From an uncultured Clostridia bacterium (lineage in GTDB: Bacteria; Bacillota; Clostridia; TANB77; CAG-508), in contig CAKPEG010000008.1 of the NCBI GenBank assembly GCA_934149275.1, forward strand, positions 210 to 64,209: a DNA stretch of 64,000 nt, in the 5' to 3' direction. The number at the start of each line of letters is the position of its first letter. Positions within the stretch are counted from its first letter, which is position 1. Position numbers and translations under genes: made by a program. This document shows positions 18,698 to 27,788 of the stretch, one piece after another. The notes beneath the pieces are model-generated. The model was given only the letters and a program-made list of their open reading frames with translations. It had not been told where the DNA came from and made no database searches.

Positions 18698-20101
18698 ATG
18701 TCAGAAAAGACTAAGGTAGAGGATATAAATAGAAATATATATGATATAAAAAATGCAGATGATTATGATTTTAAAATGCAAAAGGGTTTGAACAGAGAAA
18801 TTGTTACTGAAATTTCTAAGATGAAAAACGAACCTGAATGGATGCTTAAAACTAGATTAGATGCTTTGGAAATGTATAATAAGTTGGAACTTCCTACTTG
18901 GGGACCAGATTTATCTGATTTAAAAATGGACGAGATTGCAACTTATGTTAGACCTAAATCTAAATTGAATACTAATTGGGATGATGTTCCTGAGGATATA
19001 AAAAATACTTTTGATAAGCTTGGTATTCCAGAAGCTGAGAAAAAATCTTTGTCTGGAGTTGGAGCTCAGTATGATTCAGAAGTTGTGTATCATAGTATAA
19101 AAGAGGAACTTATTAAACAAGGTGTTATTTATACAGATATGGAGACTGCTGTTAGAGAGTATCCAGAGCTTGTTAAGGAGCATTTTATGAAGTGTGTTCC
19201 TATTAGTGATCATAAGTTTGTTGCATTACATGCTGCTGTATGGTCTGGTGGTTCTTTTGTTTATGTTCCAAAGGGAGTTAAGGTTGATATACCTTTGCAG
19301 TCTTATTTTAGATTAAATTCACCAGAATCAGGACAATTTGAACATACTTTGATTATAGTTGATGAGGGTGCAAGCTTACATTTTATTGAAGGTTGTTCTG
19401 CTCCAAAGTATAACAAGGTAAATCTTCATGCTGGTTGTGTTGAATTATATGTTAAAGATGATGCATATTTACGTTATTCAACTATTGAAAACTGGTCTAA
19501 GAATATGATGAACTTGAATACAAAGAAAGCTTTAGTTGGCAAAAATGCTCAAATTGATTGGGTTACAGGTTCTTTTGGATCTAAAATATCAATGTTATAT
19601 CCAATGAGCATTTTAAATGGAGAGAATGCAAAAACTGAGTATACTGGTATTACTTTTGCTGGTAAAGGACAAAACTTAGATACTGGTTTTAAGGTTATTC
19701 ATAATGCACCAAATACTTCTTCAGTTGTAAATTCTAAATCAATTTCAAAAGACGGTGGTTCTTGCACATATAGAGCTTTGGTTAGAATTTCTGAGAATGC
19801 TAAAAATTCAAAATGTAGTGTAAGTTGCGAGTCTTTGATGCTTGATGATATTTCAAGGTCAGATACTATTCCAGTTAATGATATTAGAACTGATGAAGTT
19901 GAATTTTCACATGAAGCTAAGATTGGTAAGATAAGTGATAAAGAAATTTTCTATTTAATGAGTAGAGGACTTTCTGAGGAAGATGCTAAAGCTATGATAG
20001 TTAGAGGTTTTGCTTATCCTATTTCAAAAGAGTTACCAGTTGAATATGCGGTTGAAATGAATAATTTGATAAACTTAGAATTGGAGGGAAGTATTGGATA
20101 A
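18698..20101 (+). CDS. sufB: Fe-S cluster assembly protein SufB
   Basis: 467 aa, directly after sufC. C-terminal FYLMSRGLSEEDAKAMIVRGF segment is typical of SufB. Confidence 0.9.
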   Translation: MSEKTKVEDINRNIYDIKNADDYDFKMQKGLNREIVTEISKMKNEPEWMLKTRLDALEMYNKLELPTWGPDLSDLKMDEIATYVRPKSKLNTNWDDVPEDIKNTFDKLGIPEAEKKSLSGVGAQYDSEVVYHSIKEELIKQGVIYTDMETAVREYPELVKEHFMKCVPISDHKFVALHAAVWSGGSFVYVPKGVKVDIPLQSYFRLNSPESGQFEHTLIIVDEGASLHFIEGCSAPKYNKVNLHAGCVELYVKDDAYLRYSTIENWSKNMMNLNTKKALVGKNAQIDWVTGSFGSKISMLYPMSILNGENAKTEYTGITFAGKGQNLDTGFKVIHNAPNTSSVVNSKSISKDGGSCTYRALVRISENAKNSKCSVSCESLMLDDISRSDTIPVNDIRTDEVEFSHEAKIGKISDKEIFYLMSRGLSEEDAKAMIVRGFAYPISKELPVEYAVEMNNLINLELEGSIG

Positions 20102-21147
20102 TGGAAAAAGTTATTGTAAATGAAACACCAATTAGAACTTCTAGAAATTTTGGAATAAATAATATTAAGTTAGAAAATATAGTGTTACCTGAAAATTTGA
20201 ATAAGTTTGAAAATGTAAAAATTACTTCAAATCATTGTGAGGTTTCAGATGTTAAGCCTAATGTAAAACTTGTTTATGGAATGAGTAATGTTTTTGAAGA
20301 AAATTTGGAGAAGAATTGTAATAGTGCATTAAAGGTTTCAAGTGAAAAAAGGGATGATATTTGTATTGAATATTGTTTTGACGATAGCAATGCTGATTTG
20401 TTGAATTATTTAGAAATTGAAGCTATAAAAGATACGAATGTGATTATTAAATACATTTCAAATACTGATAAAGAATGTTTTCATAATGGTATTTTAAGAG
20501 TTAATGCTAAGAATGGTGCTAAATTAAATATTGCAATTATTAATTTATTAAATAATAAATCTTTGAATTTTGAATCTATAGAAAATACTTTTGAAAATGG
20601 TGCAATAATTAATTATACAATTATTGATATAGGTGCTAAAACTAGTGTTTCCAATTATTATTCAAATATGATTGGACAAGGTTCAAAAAATGATTTGAAA
20701 ACTATTTATTTAGGTACAGATAATCAGATAAAGGATATTAATTATATTGCTGAGCTTAGAGGAGAGAAAACAGATATAAATATTGATGTTCAAGGAGCTT
20801 TGAAGAATCATAGTAAAAAGAATTTTAAAGGTACAATTGATTTTAAGAAAGGTTGTAAAAAGGCTGTTGGTGATGAAAATGAGTACTGCATGCTTTTAAC
20901 AGATGATTCAAAATCAATTGCGTTGCCAATGCTTTTATGTACTGAGGATGATGTTGAAGGTAACCATAGTACAGCTTCAGGAAAGGTTGATGCTCAAGAG
21001 CTTTTCTATATTATGAGTAGAGGAATTGCTTATAATGATGCGATAAAGCTTATTGTTAAATCTAGATTTAATAAAATATTAGAAAGAATAAAAGATGAAG
21101 ATTTAAAAACTGAAATTTTACAAGAAATAGATAGGAGATTAGATTAA
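20101..21147 (+). CDS. sufD: Fe-S cluster assembly protein SufD
   Basis: Start overlaps the sufB stop (ATAATG). C-terminal SufB/D-type FYIMSRGIAYNDAIKLIV segment. Confidence 0.8.
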   Translation: MEKVIVNETPIRTSRNFGINNIKLENIVLPENLNKFENVKITSNHCEVSDVKPNVKLVYGMSNVFEENLEKNCNSALKVSSEKRDDICIEYCFDDSNADLLNYLEIEAIKDTNVIIKYISNTDKECFHNGILRVNAKNGAKLNIAIINLLNNKSLNFESIENTFENGAIINYTIIDIGAKTSVSNYYSNMIGQGSKNDLKTIYLGTDNQIKDINYIAELRGEKTDINIDVQGALKNHSKKNFKGTIDFKKGCKKAVGDENEYCMLLTDDSKSIALPMLLCTEDDVEGNHSTASGKVDAQELFYIMSRGIAYNDAIKLIVKSRFNKILERIKDEDLKTEILQEIDRRLD

Positions 21148-22361
21148 TGAATTTTAAAGAGGATTTTCCAATTTTTAAAAATAGGGATATAGCTTATTTA
21201 GATAGTGGTGCGACAGCTCAAAAACCTCAAATTGTAATTGATGCTATAAATAATTTCTATGATAAATTTAATGCTAATCCTCATAGAGGAGCGTATACTC
21301 TAAGTGTTGAGGCAACTGCTGTTTATGAAGATACAAGGGCGAAAATTGCAAAATTTATAAATGCTAAACATCCAGAAGAAATTATTTTTTCGAAAAATGC
21401 GAGTGAGAGTTTGAATTTGCTTGCGTATTCATATGGCTTGGATAATTTGAAAAAGGGTGATGATGTAGTTATTTCAATTATGGAGCATCATTCTAATTTG
21501 GTTCCTTGGCAATTTGTTACTCAAAAAACTGGCAGTGAATTAAAGTATATGTATATTAATGATGAGTTCGAACTTTCAAAAGAGGAGATTGAAAGTAAGA
21601 TTACTGATAATACTAAAATAGTTGGAATTACACATGTTTCAAATGTTTTAGGAACTATAAATAATGTTAAAGAAATTATAAAATATGCTCATAAAAAAGG
21701 TGCAGTGGTAATTGTTGATGCATCACAGAGTATTCCTCATATGAAGATTGATGTTCAAGATTTGGATGCTGATTTTCTTGTTTTTTCAGGTCATAAAATG
21801 TTTGCGCCTCTTGGGATTGGTGTCTTATATGGTAAGAGAGAATTGTTAAATAAAATGAATCCATTTTTAATGGGTGGAGATATGATTGAATATGTTTATG
21901 AGCAAAAAACTACTTTTGCTCCACTTCCAAATAAATTTGAGGCTGGAACTCAAAATGTTGAGGGTGTTGTTGGATTAGGTGCTGCTATTGATTATATTAA
22001 TAGTATTGGTTATGATAAGATTCAAGAACATGATAGAGAGATTGTTGAGTATGCTCGTGAAAAATTGTCAAAATTAGATTATTTGGATATATATATGACA
22101 CCTAATGTTGAAAATCATTCTGCTGTTATTTCATTTAATATAAAGGGTGTTCATCCTCATGATGTTGCAAGTATTTTAGATTCAGAAAATGTTTGCGTTA
22201 GATCTGGAAACCATTGTGCTCAGCCACTTATGAGATTCTTAGATATTGATTCAACTTGTAGAGCTAGCTTTTATATTTACAATACCAAAGAGGATGTCGA
22301 TAGATTAGTTGCTGGAATTGAAAAGGCATACAAGATGTTTGAAAAATATATTAATAGGTAG
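21147..22361 (+). CDS. sufS: Cysteine desulfurase SufS
   Basis: Class V aminotransferase with PLP-lysine motif FSGHKM and catalytic Cys in RSGNHCAQP. Start is coupled to the sufD stop. Confidence 0.9.
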   Translation: MNFKEDFPIFKNRDIAYLDSGATAQKPQIVIDAINNFYDKFNANPHRGAYTLSVEATAVYEDTRAKIAKFINAKHPEEIIFSKNASESLNLLAYSYGLDNLKKGDDVVISIMEHHSNLVPWQFVTQKTGSELKYMYINDEFELSKEEIESKITDNTKIVGITHVSNVLGTINNVKEIIKYAHKKGAVVIVDASQSIPHMKIDVQDLDADFLVFSGHKMFAPLGIGVLYGKRELLNKMNPFLMGGDMIEYVYEQKTTFAPLPNKFEAGTQNVEGVVGLGAAIDYINSIGYDKIQEHDREIVEYAREKLSKLDYLDIYMTPNVENHSAVISFNIKGVHPHDVASILDSENVCVRSGNHCAQPLMRFLDIDSTCRASFYIYNTKEDVDRLVAGIEKAYKMFEKYINR

Positions 22362-22370
22362 GAGATTAAA

Positions 22371-22838
22371 GTGGATAATTTAAATGAGATGTATAATGAT
22401 ATTATAATGGAACATAGTATGAATTCTTACAATAAGAAAAAGCTTGATGGTGCTGATTTTTCCGAGATTGGTCATAATCCTAATTGTGGTGATGAGATTA
22501 CTTTGGAAATGAAGCTAGATGGAAATGTGATTTCTGATATGGCTTTTTCTGGTCATGGTTGTGCAATTTCTCAAGCTTCTACATCTGTTATGATAGATAC
22601 ATTAAGAGGTAAAACTATTGAAGAAGCAAAGGAGATAATTAAAACTTTTATTGAGATGATTAAAAGAGAAATTACTGATGATGCTGAACTTGAAAAATTG
22701 GAAGAGGCTATTGCTTTTAAGAATGTTTCTAATATGCCTGCTAGAGTGAAATGTGCTTTGCTTGCTTGGCATACGTTAGAAGATATGATTGATAAAGGTG
22801 AGACTGATGGAAAAATTTCTTCATCTTGTTGTCACTAG
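22371..22838 (+). CDS. sufU: Fe-S cluster scaffold/sulfur acceptor SufU
   Basis: NifU-N/IscU-like Cys motifs (NPNCGD, GCAISQAS, VKCALLAW). GTG start after TAGGAGA. Confidence 0.85.
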   Translation: MDNLNEMYNDIIMEHSMNSYNKKKLDGADFSEIGHNPNCGDEITLEMKLDGNVISDMAFSGHGCAISQASTSVMIDTLRGKTIEEAKEIIKTFIEMIKREITDDAELEKLEEAIAFKNVSNMPARVKCALLAWHTLEDMIDKGETDGKISSSCCH

Positions 22839-22882
22839 GGTGTTAGTTTTAAATTTGATTTGTTCGTAAGAAGGGAATTTTA

Positions 22883-23941
22883 ATGGAAGAAAAGAGAGTT
22901 TTACTTGGAATGAGTGGTGGTGTTGATAGTTCAGTTTCAGCATTGCTTTTAAAGGAAGAGGGATATGATGTTATAGGAACTACAATGGAACTATTTGCTG
23001 GTAGTAGTTGTTGTAACACTAATACATATATCGATGCGAAAAATGTGTGTAATCAAATTGGAATACCACATTTTATTTATAATTTTAAAGATGAGTTTAA
23101 GAAATATGTAATTGATGATTTTATAAATTGTTATGCAAATTGCTTAACTCCAAATCCTTGTATTGAATGCAATAAATTTATGAAGTTTGGGCTTATGTAT
23201 GAGAAGGCTAAAGAGCTAGGGTGTGAATATATTGCTACTGGCCATTATGCTAAAACAGAGTATAGTGAAGAATATGGAAGATGGGTTTTAAAGAAATCAA
23301 AGGCTGGAAAAAAGGATCAGAGTTATGTCCTATGGAATATTCCTAAAGAATTAATTGAATATGTAGTTTTTCCGTTGGCTGATTTTGAAAGCAAGGATGA
23401 AATAAGAAAAATTGCTAGAGAGCATAATTTGAAAACTGCTAATAAACCGGATAGTGAGGATATTTGTTTTGTGCCAGATGGAAATTATAAAAGATTTCTT
23501 GAAGAAAATTCAGAGCTTAAGCCTAAAAAGGGAAATATAGTTCATGTGAATGGAACTGTTTTAGGAAAACACAATGGACTTTATAATTATACGATTGGAC
23601 AAAGAAAAGGTCTTGGAATTTCATATAAAGAACCATTATTTGTTGTTGGATTTAATAAAGAGAAAAATGAAGTTATAGTTGGTGAAAAGGAATATATTTA
23701 TAAAAAAGAAATGATTGTAAAGGACATTAATTTATTATTAATTGATTCACTTGAAGGACAAATGAAAGTTTCTGTGAAAACGAGATATTCTAGTGTTGAG
23801 GAGAAGGCTACTATAGAGATGCTTGATGATAATACAATTAAAGTAGTTTTTGAAAATCCTGTTGCTCGAATTACACCTGGACAATCTGCTGTATTTTATT
23901 TAGGAGATATAGTTGTTGGTGGTGGAAAAATTTTAAAATAA
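22883..23941 (+). CDS. mnmA: tRNA 2-thiouridine(34) synthase MnmA
   Basis: PP-loop GMSGGVDSS. Catalytic Cys context (NPCIECN, DICF). Confidence 0.9.
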   Translation: MEEKRVLLGMSGGVDSSVSALLLKEEGYDVIGTTMELFAGSSCCNTNTYIDAKNVCNQIGIPHFIYNFKDEFKKYVIDDFINCYANCLTPNPCIECNKFMKFGLMYEKAKELGCEYIATGHYAKTEYSEEYGRWVLKKSKAGKKDQSYVLWNIPKELIEYVVFPLADFESKDEIRKIAREHNLKTANKPDSEDICFVPDGNYKRFLEENSELKPKKGNIVHVNGTVLGKHNGLYNYTIGQRKGLGISYKEPLFVVGFNKEKNEVIVGEKEYIYKKEMIVKDINLLLIDSLEGQMKVSVKTRYSSVEEKATIEMLDDNTIKVVFENPVARITPGQSAVFYLGDIVVGGGKILK

Positions 23942-24144
23942 AATAATATTTAAAGAGAATTTTGGTAATGTTAGCTTGAATTCTTTTTTGGGACTTTTTA
24001 AATACACTATAATTTTTAAAAAAATTGTATCATTGAATTGCATTTTTTTCGACATTTTTTTTAATTTGATGAACAAAAAATGTAGCAAAAAAAATTAGTT
24101 GTGATATAATAATAATGTTATTAAGGGGATAAAATATTTAGTAA

Positions 24145-24927
24145 ATGAGGAATATTATGTTTTTTTCAAAACCTGGAGAATATAAAGCTTGTGGACTTTT
24201 TTCATTACAACATATAGGATTGATTTTAGCTACTTTGGCGTGTGTTGCAATTGCGTTAAAGAAAACAGTTCATAAGAGCAAAGAAGAAGTTTATAAAATT
24301 ATAAGAAATTTAACAGTTGTTATATGGGCATTGGAGATATTTAAGATATTGTATACAGTAACATATTTAAAATTAACAGATGTGAAAGAATGGTTACCTT
24401 TGTATTATTGTAGTTTGTTACTATATGCTGGATTTTTAAGTTCTTTTACAAAAGGACCTTTTAAGCGCGCTGGGGATGTTTTCTTAGCTACTGGTTCTAT
24501 TGTTGGTGGTGTTGTTTTTATTTTATTTCCAACAACGTCATTGCCAACATTTCCGGCTTTTCATTTTATAAGTATTCATAGTTTCTTTTATCATGGAACT
24601 ATGGTGTATTTAACTTTACTTGTAAATAAAACGCATTATGTAGAGATTAACAAAGAGAATATTATTTATTTTGCTAGTTTGGTTGGTGTGGTGTGTATAC
24701 TTGCATTGATGGTTAATATGGAGTTTCATAGTAACTTAATGTTTATTTCAGAGAATTTTCCAAATACGCCAATTGAGTTGTTTTATAATTTAACTGGAAG
24801 ATGGTTTACACCACTTATGATTCTTATTCAAATGTTTATTCCTTTTTATTTTGTGTATGGAATTATAAAAAGAAAAGAGAAAAAAGAAGTTGCTTTTTTA
24901 ACAGAGCAAGAAAATATAATTGAATAA
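24145..24927 (+). CDS. Polytopic membrane protein (possibly YwaF/TIGR02206-like)
   Basis: About 7 hydrophobic helices. The family call is a weak by-eye impression. An alternative start at ATG 24157 is possible. Confidence 0.5.
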   Translation: MRNIMFFSKPGEYKACGLFSLQHIGLILATLACVAIALKKTVHKSKEEVYKIIRNLTVVIWALEIFKILYTVTYLKLTDVKEWLPLYYCSLLLYAGFLSSFTKGPFKRAGDVFLATGSIVGGVVFILFPTTSLPTFPAFHFISIHSFFYHGTMVYLTLLVNKTHYVEINKENIIYFASLVGVVCILALMVNMEFHSNLMFISENFPNTPIELFYNLTGRWFTPLMILIQMFIPFYFVYGIIKRKEKKEVAFLTEQENIIE

Positions 24928-24936
24928 AAATTTGAA

Positions 24937-24970
24937 GAACGTGGAAATCAATGAGGTTCTACGTTTTTTT
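24937..24970 (+). terminator. Intrinsic terminator
   Basis: GAACGTGGAA...TTCTACGTT stem followed by TTTTTTT. Confidence 0.75.
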
Positions 24971-25067
24971 ATATTATGGACAAGTTTTCAAAAATTTTTG
25001 TGTAAAAAATAATGTATAAAAATATTGATTTAAAAAGTTATAATAAATGCAAATGTTAATACTTTTT
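24970..25067 (+). repeat. R1 intergenic cassette, short variant (copy 4)
   Basis: Shares TTGATTTAAAAAGTTATAATAAATGCAAATGTTAATAC with the R1 core at 35575-35630, 62585-62622 and 63692-63730, and a TATATTATGG start directly after the terminator T-run. Confidence 0.6.
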
Positions 25068-25079
25068 GACTTTTAAAAA

Positions 25080-25108
25080 TTGAAAGATATGTAAAAATAT
25101 GATATACT
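25080..25108 (+). promoter_or_regulatory. Sigma-A-type promoter of the WG-repeat gene
   Basis: TTGAAA (25080-25085), 17-nt spacer, TATACT (25103-25108). Confidence 0.5.
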
Positions 25109-25155
25109 TTTAGCTGTTACAAGCTATGTGCTTAAGTTGAAAGGAGAATTTTATT

Positions 25156-26040
25156 ATGGCAGAGCGGACAAAAGTAGTTAAAGTTCAACTTTTATCTGAA
25201 GAAGCGAAAAAACTTTTAGACAAGTATGGCCAGGTTACAGAAGTACTTAGTAAAAAATTGATTGTAGTAAAAAGGGACAACAAGATGGGGCTTTTCAATT
25301 CATATGGAACTCCATTGGTACTGCCTGATGAAGGTGTGCGTGTGCATATATTTGAGGATTATGTGCTTGTACAGCATAATCTTAAACGTAAGACACATGA
25401 ATATATGTGGTCGGTGTTTAATATGCATGGCATACTTGTGAAGGAAGGCGACTGGGAAGATGTAGGGGCTCCATCAGAAGATGTTATAACAATTAAGGAA
25501 AATGGTCGGTGGAAATATTTCAACTTGAAATTTAGAGAAACATTTCCTCAGCGTGGCAGCTTAGAACGAGCCCAGCCTTTTGCAAATGGTATGGGCGTTG
25601 GCGAAATTAACTCAAAGTGGGGGGCTTTTTCTCCAAATGGAAAATGCCTTATTCCTTTTGAGATTGATTACTGTTTTGACTTTAAAGGAGAGGATTTCGG
25701 AATTCTGCAGAAAAATGGCTTTTCTGTGCTGGTGCATTCTACTGGAGTTGAGGTAGTAAAGGAATCAGCAGAAATTCTGAGAAACCGTATGGAGAAAAAC
25801 AGGTATACTGTAACACTTGTTGATGGTAGAGTAGTAGATTTGCATGTGATAGTCTTTCCAGATAGCATTTGTATATTTTCTAGCTCAACATTACCATGGT
25901 ATGAGAAATATTCCATAAGAGTTTGGGGAGAAAAATGGGCTATTCTGGATCGATTAGGAAAGCAGATTGATATGTCTGATGAAATGTGCCAAAGACGAAT
26001 CGAGCAGATAAAGCAATATCGTTTGGATACGGAAGTTTAA
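25156..26040 (+). CDS. WG-repeat-containing protein
   Basis: Repeated aromatic-Gly repeats of the KWG type (NGRWKYFNLKF, NSKWGAFSPNGKCLIPFEIDY, GEKWAILDRLGKQI). SD AAAGGAGAA. G+C is visibly higher than in the flanks. Confidence 0.6.
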   Translation: MAERTKVVKVQLLSEEAKKLLDKYGQVTEVLSKKLIVVKRDNKMGLFNSYGTPLVLPDEGVRVHIFEDYVLVQHNLKRKTHEYMWSVFNMHGILVKEGDWEDVGAPSEDVITIKENGRWKYFNLKFRETFPQRGSLERAQPFANGMGVGEINSKWGAFSPNGKCLIPFEIDYCFDFKGEDFGILQKNGFSVLVHSTGVEVVKESAEILRNRMEKNRYTVTLVDGRVVDLHVIVFPDSICIFSSSTLPWYEKYSIRVWGEKWAILDRLGKQIDMSDEMCQRRIEQIKQYRLDTEV

Positions 26041-26063
26041 ATAATAAAGAATCCTAAAGAGGT

Positions 26064-26098
26064 GAGCTGGAGTGTGCTAATGTGCACTTCAGCTTTTT
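26064..26098 (+). terminator. Intrinsic terminator
   Basis: GCTGGAGTGTGC...GTGCACTTCAGC stem followed by TTTTT. Confidence 0.7.
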
Positions 26099-26267
26099 CT
26101 GTGTTTATTGTTAGATATTTTATTGCCTTTTGGGTGACATTTCTATAAAATAATTTTGTTATTTTATGGGGTGACATTATCACAAACTAATTATAAAAAA
26201 GAAATGTGGACTTTACATTTAATAATTTTAGTGATAGGATTATTAAAGTTTGAGGAGGTAGTAAAAA

Positions 26268-26996
26268 ATGAAAAACAAAAAAGTTGTAATTGCAATTGTT
26301 ATTGTACTTGTATTAGTTGCGGCTGCAGTCGCTGGAGTTTTAATCTTTAAACCTTTTGATAAAGAAGCGGAAGATAAAACTGAAAAAACAAATACAGCTA
26401 AGGTTGAAGAAAAAAATGATGAAAAGGATGCTGAAGAAGATGTTGATTATGAAGCAATTCTAGAAAAATTCTTAGATGCTTGTAATTCAGAGGATGATAT
26501 GGATAAATTTGTTGAGGATTATGTTGATATAAAATCAATGTATGTAGCTGATCAAGTTGATACACCTTCAGATTTTGAGGATGAATATAATAAAACTAAA
26601 GCCAAAGATTATAAAGATTATACTGATACTGTAAAAGATTTATATTCAGAATTTGTTGATGAAGATGTAAAATTGACATTAAAGAAAGTTGGAAAGTCAA
26701 CTAAAATGACTGAGATAGGAATAGGTATGTGGAATGATGTAAGATTTACTGTTGACAATGATGGAGAAACAGAAAAATTAGCTGCTATTTTCTGTGGTGA
26801 TAAACTAGTATTAGTTTCAGATGAGGATAGTATGGAAACTTTATATGATAGTTTAAAAGAAAAAGAAGAAGATGCTGATAATACAACAAATTCTACAAAA
26901 GATTCTGATGAAAATGTAACAAATACATCAAATAGAGTATCAAACGAAACATCAAATAGAACAACAAGTTCATCTTATTCTGATGATGAAGAATAA
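26268..26996 (+). CDS. Membrane-anchored, highly acidic protein of unknown function
   Basis: SD GAGGAGG. One N-terminal TM helix, then a D/E-rich domain and a Ser/Thr/Asn-rich tail. Confidence 0.55.
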   Translation: MKNKKVVIAIVIVLVLVAAAVAGVLIFKPFDKEAEDKTEKTNTAKVEEKNDEKDAEEDVDYEAILEKFLDACNSEDDMDKFVEDYVDIKSMYVADQVDTPSDFEDEYNKTKAKDYKDYTDTVKDLYSEFVDEDVKLTLKKVGKSTKMTEIGIGMWNDVRFTVDNDGETEKLAAIFCGDKLVLVSDEDSMETLYDSLKEKEEDADNTTNSTKDSDENVTNTSNRVSNETSNRTTSSSYSDDEE

Positions 26997-27048
26997 TTAA
27001 AAAATATAGATAATTATTTTAAGTATAATCAGAAATATTATTAAAGGT

Positions 27049-27087
27049 AAAAATAACGTAAAACTTTGTCTAGTTTTACGTTATTTT
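27049..27087 (+). terminator. Intrinsic terminator
   Basis: AAAATAACGTAAAAC/GTTTTACGTTATTTT 15-bp stem with a T-run. Confidence 0.8.
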
Positions 27088-27175
27088 TGTATAATATGCA
27101 TAAAATTTGTGTGCGAGTAAAAATTAGAAAAAAGTTATAATGAGAGCAATGTTAATAAGTTTGATTTTTGTTCTC

Positions 27176-27204
27176 TTGACAAATACCCTATAGGGGTATA
27201 TAAT
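27176..27204 (+). promoter_or_regulatory. cop operon promoter with CsoR-type operator
   Basis: TTGACA (27176-27181), 17-nt spacer, TATAAT (27199-27204). The spacer holds the GC-tract pseudopalindrome ATACCCTATAGGGGTAT (27183-27199), typical of CsoR boxes. Confidence 0.75.
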
Positions 27205-27225
27205 TTCGTACGAGGTGATTAAAGT

Positions 27226-27537
27226 ATGGCATGTAGTAAGTGCGGAAAATGTCAGATGTGTCAAAAGTCTACACATAGGACTGATGAAGAGAAAAAAAGA
27301 CTTACTAAAAGATTAAATATTATTGAGGGACAAGTTAGAGGAGTTAAACAGATGATTGAAAATGATAGATACTGTGATGATGTTTTAACTCAATTATCTG
27401 CAATAAATAAGGCTTTGGAAAGCTTGGAAAATTCAATTTTAGAGAGTCATATTGCAACATGTGTGACTTATGAAATTCAATCTGGTAATTTAGATATTAT
27501 AGAAGAAGTAATGGATTTAATAAAAAGATTAAGATAG
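27226..27537 (+). CDS. csoR: Copper-sensing repressor CsoR
   Basis: DUF156-type RLNIIEGQVRGVKQMIENDRYCDDVLTQL...H..TC with the C-H-C ligand pattern. Confidence 0.85.
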   Translation: MACSKCGKCQMCQKSTHRTDEEKKRLTKRLNIIEGQVRGVKQMIENDRYCDDVLTQLSAINKALESLENSILESHIATCVTYEIQSGNLDIIEEVMDLIKRLR

Positions 27538-27570
27538 GAAATACTGTAATTAGAAAGTGAGGTTTTTATT

Positions 27571-27774
27571 ATGGAAAGTATAGAATTAAATATTGAAGGA
27601 ATGCATTGTACAGGATGTAGTACAAGATTACAAAAAGTTTTAAGCAATTTAGATGGTGTTTCAAAAGCAGAGGTTAGTTTTGAAACAGGAATTGCTAAAA
27701 TAGAATATGATAGTAAATTAAAAGTCGAAGATATAAAATCTGCAATTGTTGATGCTGGATTTAAAGTTAAATAA
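27571..27774 (+). CDS. copZ: Copper chaperone CopZ (HMA domain)
   Basis: 67 aa with the GMHCTGC metal-binding motif. Confidence 0.85.
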   Translation: MESIELNIEGMHCTGCSTRLQKVLSNLDGVSKAEVSFETGIAKIEYDSKLKVEDIKSAIVDAGFKVK

Positions 27775-27788
27775 AGGAGAGAATTACT

